Shown piece after piece: positions 61,955-64,000 of a stretch of 64,000 nucleotides of DNA (its first letter is position 1; each line of letters opens with the position of its first letter). A program made the translations under genes and the position numbers. The DNA comes from Eledone cirrhosa. Lineage: Eukaryota. Location: NCBI GenBank assembly GCA_964016885.1, contig OZ024741.1, positions 145,018,001 to 145,082,000 on the forward strand, given 5' to 3'. The notes beneath the pieces are model-generated. The model did no database searches, was not told the origin of the DNA, and worked only from the letters and a program-made list of their open reading frames with translations.

Positions 61955-62600
61955 GTAATTGACTGGTATTTTATTTTATCACCTTTGGAAGGATGAAAAG
62001 CAAAGCTGGCCATGCTGCTAATTGAACACAGAATGTAAAGAACCAGAAAAAATACTGTGATGGTGTTTGATCTGACAACCGATGCTGCCAATCTACCACT
62101 CTAACCTCTATTAAAATTATAAAATGATAACGATGATGATGATGATGGCGGTGGTGATAATAATGAGGATGAAGCAACATATGAATGTTAACTATTTTCT
62201 GGACATATTGAAGCAAATTAAACATTATTCCACCAAGCTATTTTTTATCCATTGCTGAATGAAGACTCAGCAGCAATAATGGGTTTAGGCCTGCCTGTTT
62301 ATGTTGGTCAACTGTAGATTGTACAGGATACTTCAAAATTAAAGTAATTAGCATTGGCCATTCATACCTTGGCAGAATTTGAACCAAAAAGGCAAAGAGC
62401 CAAAAATTATACTGAAAGATTTGACATCCAATGCTTACCAATTCAATTAAATCACCACCTAGGACTGGTAGTTTATTTTATTGAGCTCAAAAGAATGAAA
62501 AGCATAGTATGATTTGAACTCAGAATGTAGAGAACCAGAAAGAATATTGCAAGACCTTCTAGCCAACATTCTAATGGCTCTGCTAATTTGCTACCATACA
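61955..62600 (-). mobile_element. Cluster of older diverged SINE copies
   Basis: CTGGTA.TTTATTTTAT...GGATGAAA...TTGAAC.CAGAATG at 61960-62100 and 62465-62595. Confidence 0.65.
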
Positions 62601-62815
62601 AATAGCACTTAAAATCCTGTGCCACACAAGACCACATTAACAAGGCATTCCTTAAAAGTACAAATCAGCACTATAAAAATTGAAGTCTTTACTTTATTAC
62701 TGCAAATTTCTACAAGAGCCTGTTCTCTAGTAAACGTACTATAAATATTTGAACCAACAAACTCATTTTTAGATATCTTAGCTCAATCTTTACAGGATGT
62801 AAAGAGTTAATCATC

Positions 62816-62990
62816 AGTATCAGTAGAGTGACGGACGCCATGCTTTCCAGCATAGTTACGTCCCTTTACGATCTGAGTTCAAATCCCGCCGAGGTTAACT
62901 TTGCCTTTCATCCTTACGGGGTCGATAAAATAAAGTACCAGTAATGCACTGGGTAATTGCTGGCCTTGTGCCTAAAGTAGAAACAATTAT
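62816..62990 (+). mobile_element. tRNA-derived SINE
   Basis: Nearly identical to 47530-47705. Confidence 0.9.
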
Positions 62991-63444
62991 ATCAAAAGGC
63001 AATTTGGAAACAAACATTTTAAACACATCACCAATGGTATGAAGGCATACCATGATAATTTTGTGGCTGGAGTGCTGATTTCAATATCATAAAATTATAG
63101 TTTAATCCCCTGACTGAGGAGCTTGATATGTTGTTGTGCAAGGCATTACATTTTCACTTTGTGATCACAACATGGCTGAATCATAAAGGAGTTTGTATGA
63201 CAATCATTAGATCTCAGGTTTGATCTCACTGAATAACATCTTTAGAAAGTGTCATTTACCATAGCCTCAGGTCAACCCATGTCATATGAGTGGATTTGGG
63301 TAGAAATTGATAGGAAGCCTGTCAGATAGACAGTATCTGTAATTCAATAGGCCAGCCTTTCTATCACCAATCATTTTACATAGTGTACTAGGTACATTTT
63401 ATCAAAATACCAACACTATCATTGTATATTACATAATTACAATT

Positions 63445-63730
63445 TAAGCAACCCGATGCAATTACCTGCTTCACATTCAAAGGAGATAAATCCCTCATCT
63501 GGGATGTGACATGCTATGACATATTCTCCATCTCTAACTTAGTCGCTTTGGCCACAAACCCCAGTATCATGGCTCGCAATGCATAGGACAAGAAGTCAAG
63601 CAAATACCAGGGCTTGTCTGGCCACTTCCTCTTTGCACCGGTCACTTTTGATCCTCAGGCATCCTTGGACCTCATACAGCTGACCTCCTCCGAAAATTTG
63701 GAATGACAGCAGTCAGTCTAAGGAAATCTA
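63445..63730 (+). mobile_element. CRE-clade RLE domain fragment
   Basis: KQPDAITCFTFKGDKSLIWDVTCYD...KKSSKYQGLSGHFLFAPV. Confidence 0.7.
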
Positions 63731-63744
63731 TTGTTTGACTTAGA

Positions 63745-64000
63745 ACCTTTGTTTTTTTTGTAAATTTCTGTAATCACTGTACATGTTCATAATTTTCAGT
63801 TTCACTTTGTCTTTTCGTTGAGTCGCCACACCAGCTTTTTCCAAATGACTAATTACTTCCATCACAAGCCTATCCGCAATAGCACCATTGAAGCTCACAT
63901 GCTTTTCGTGTTTCATAGGACCATCTTTCAGGTAGAAAAAATATCTTAGAACATCCCCCTTTGTTGGTATTTTGTTTGGTGAAAAGGATGTAACATATTG
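63745..64000 (-). pseudogene. hATm-like transposase N-terminal fragment (runs off the window)
   Basis: Open frame KIPTKGDVLRYFFYLK...VMEVISHLEKAGVATQRKDKVKLKIMNMYSDYRNLQK. The family call is from memory. Confidence 0.5.

Overview
AT-rich eukaryotic DNA made almost entirely of transposable elements and (TA)n/(CA)n/(GA)n/(ATT)n microsatellites. The repeat content suggests an octopus or other cephalopod (inference). No host protein-coding gene can be supported, and most listed ORFs are microsatellite artefacts or antisense shadows. The window holds one apparently full-length, intact RTE LINE (1039-aa APE+RT ORF, 5' array of 98-bp monomers) plus many truncated RTE copies from about five families. 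It also holds two Naiad-type and one Neptune-type Penelope-like elements (PLEs); CR1, Tx1, R4/Dong and CRE remnants; mariner, Sola-like and hATm-like remnants; MITEs; and at least 10 tRNA-derived SINEs. Four observations stand out. (1) A C4HC3 PHD finger sits inside the RT domain (between motifs 6 and 7) of three divergent RTE families. (2) There are many hammerhead ribozyme (HHR) motifs, including expanded-stem-II forms, fold-back mini-elements and a recurring CAGANGA core variant. (3) RTE and PLE copies sit in (TA)n while Tx1, Dong and many SINEs sit in (ATT)n. (4) Several near-perfect fold-back palindromes are present. All calls come from reading the sequence by eye, and boundaries are approximate.
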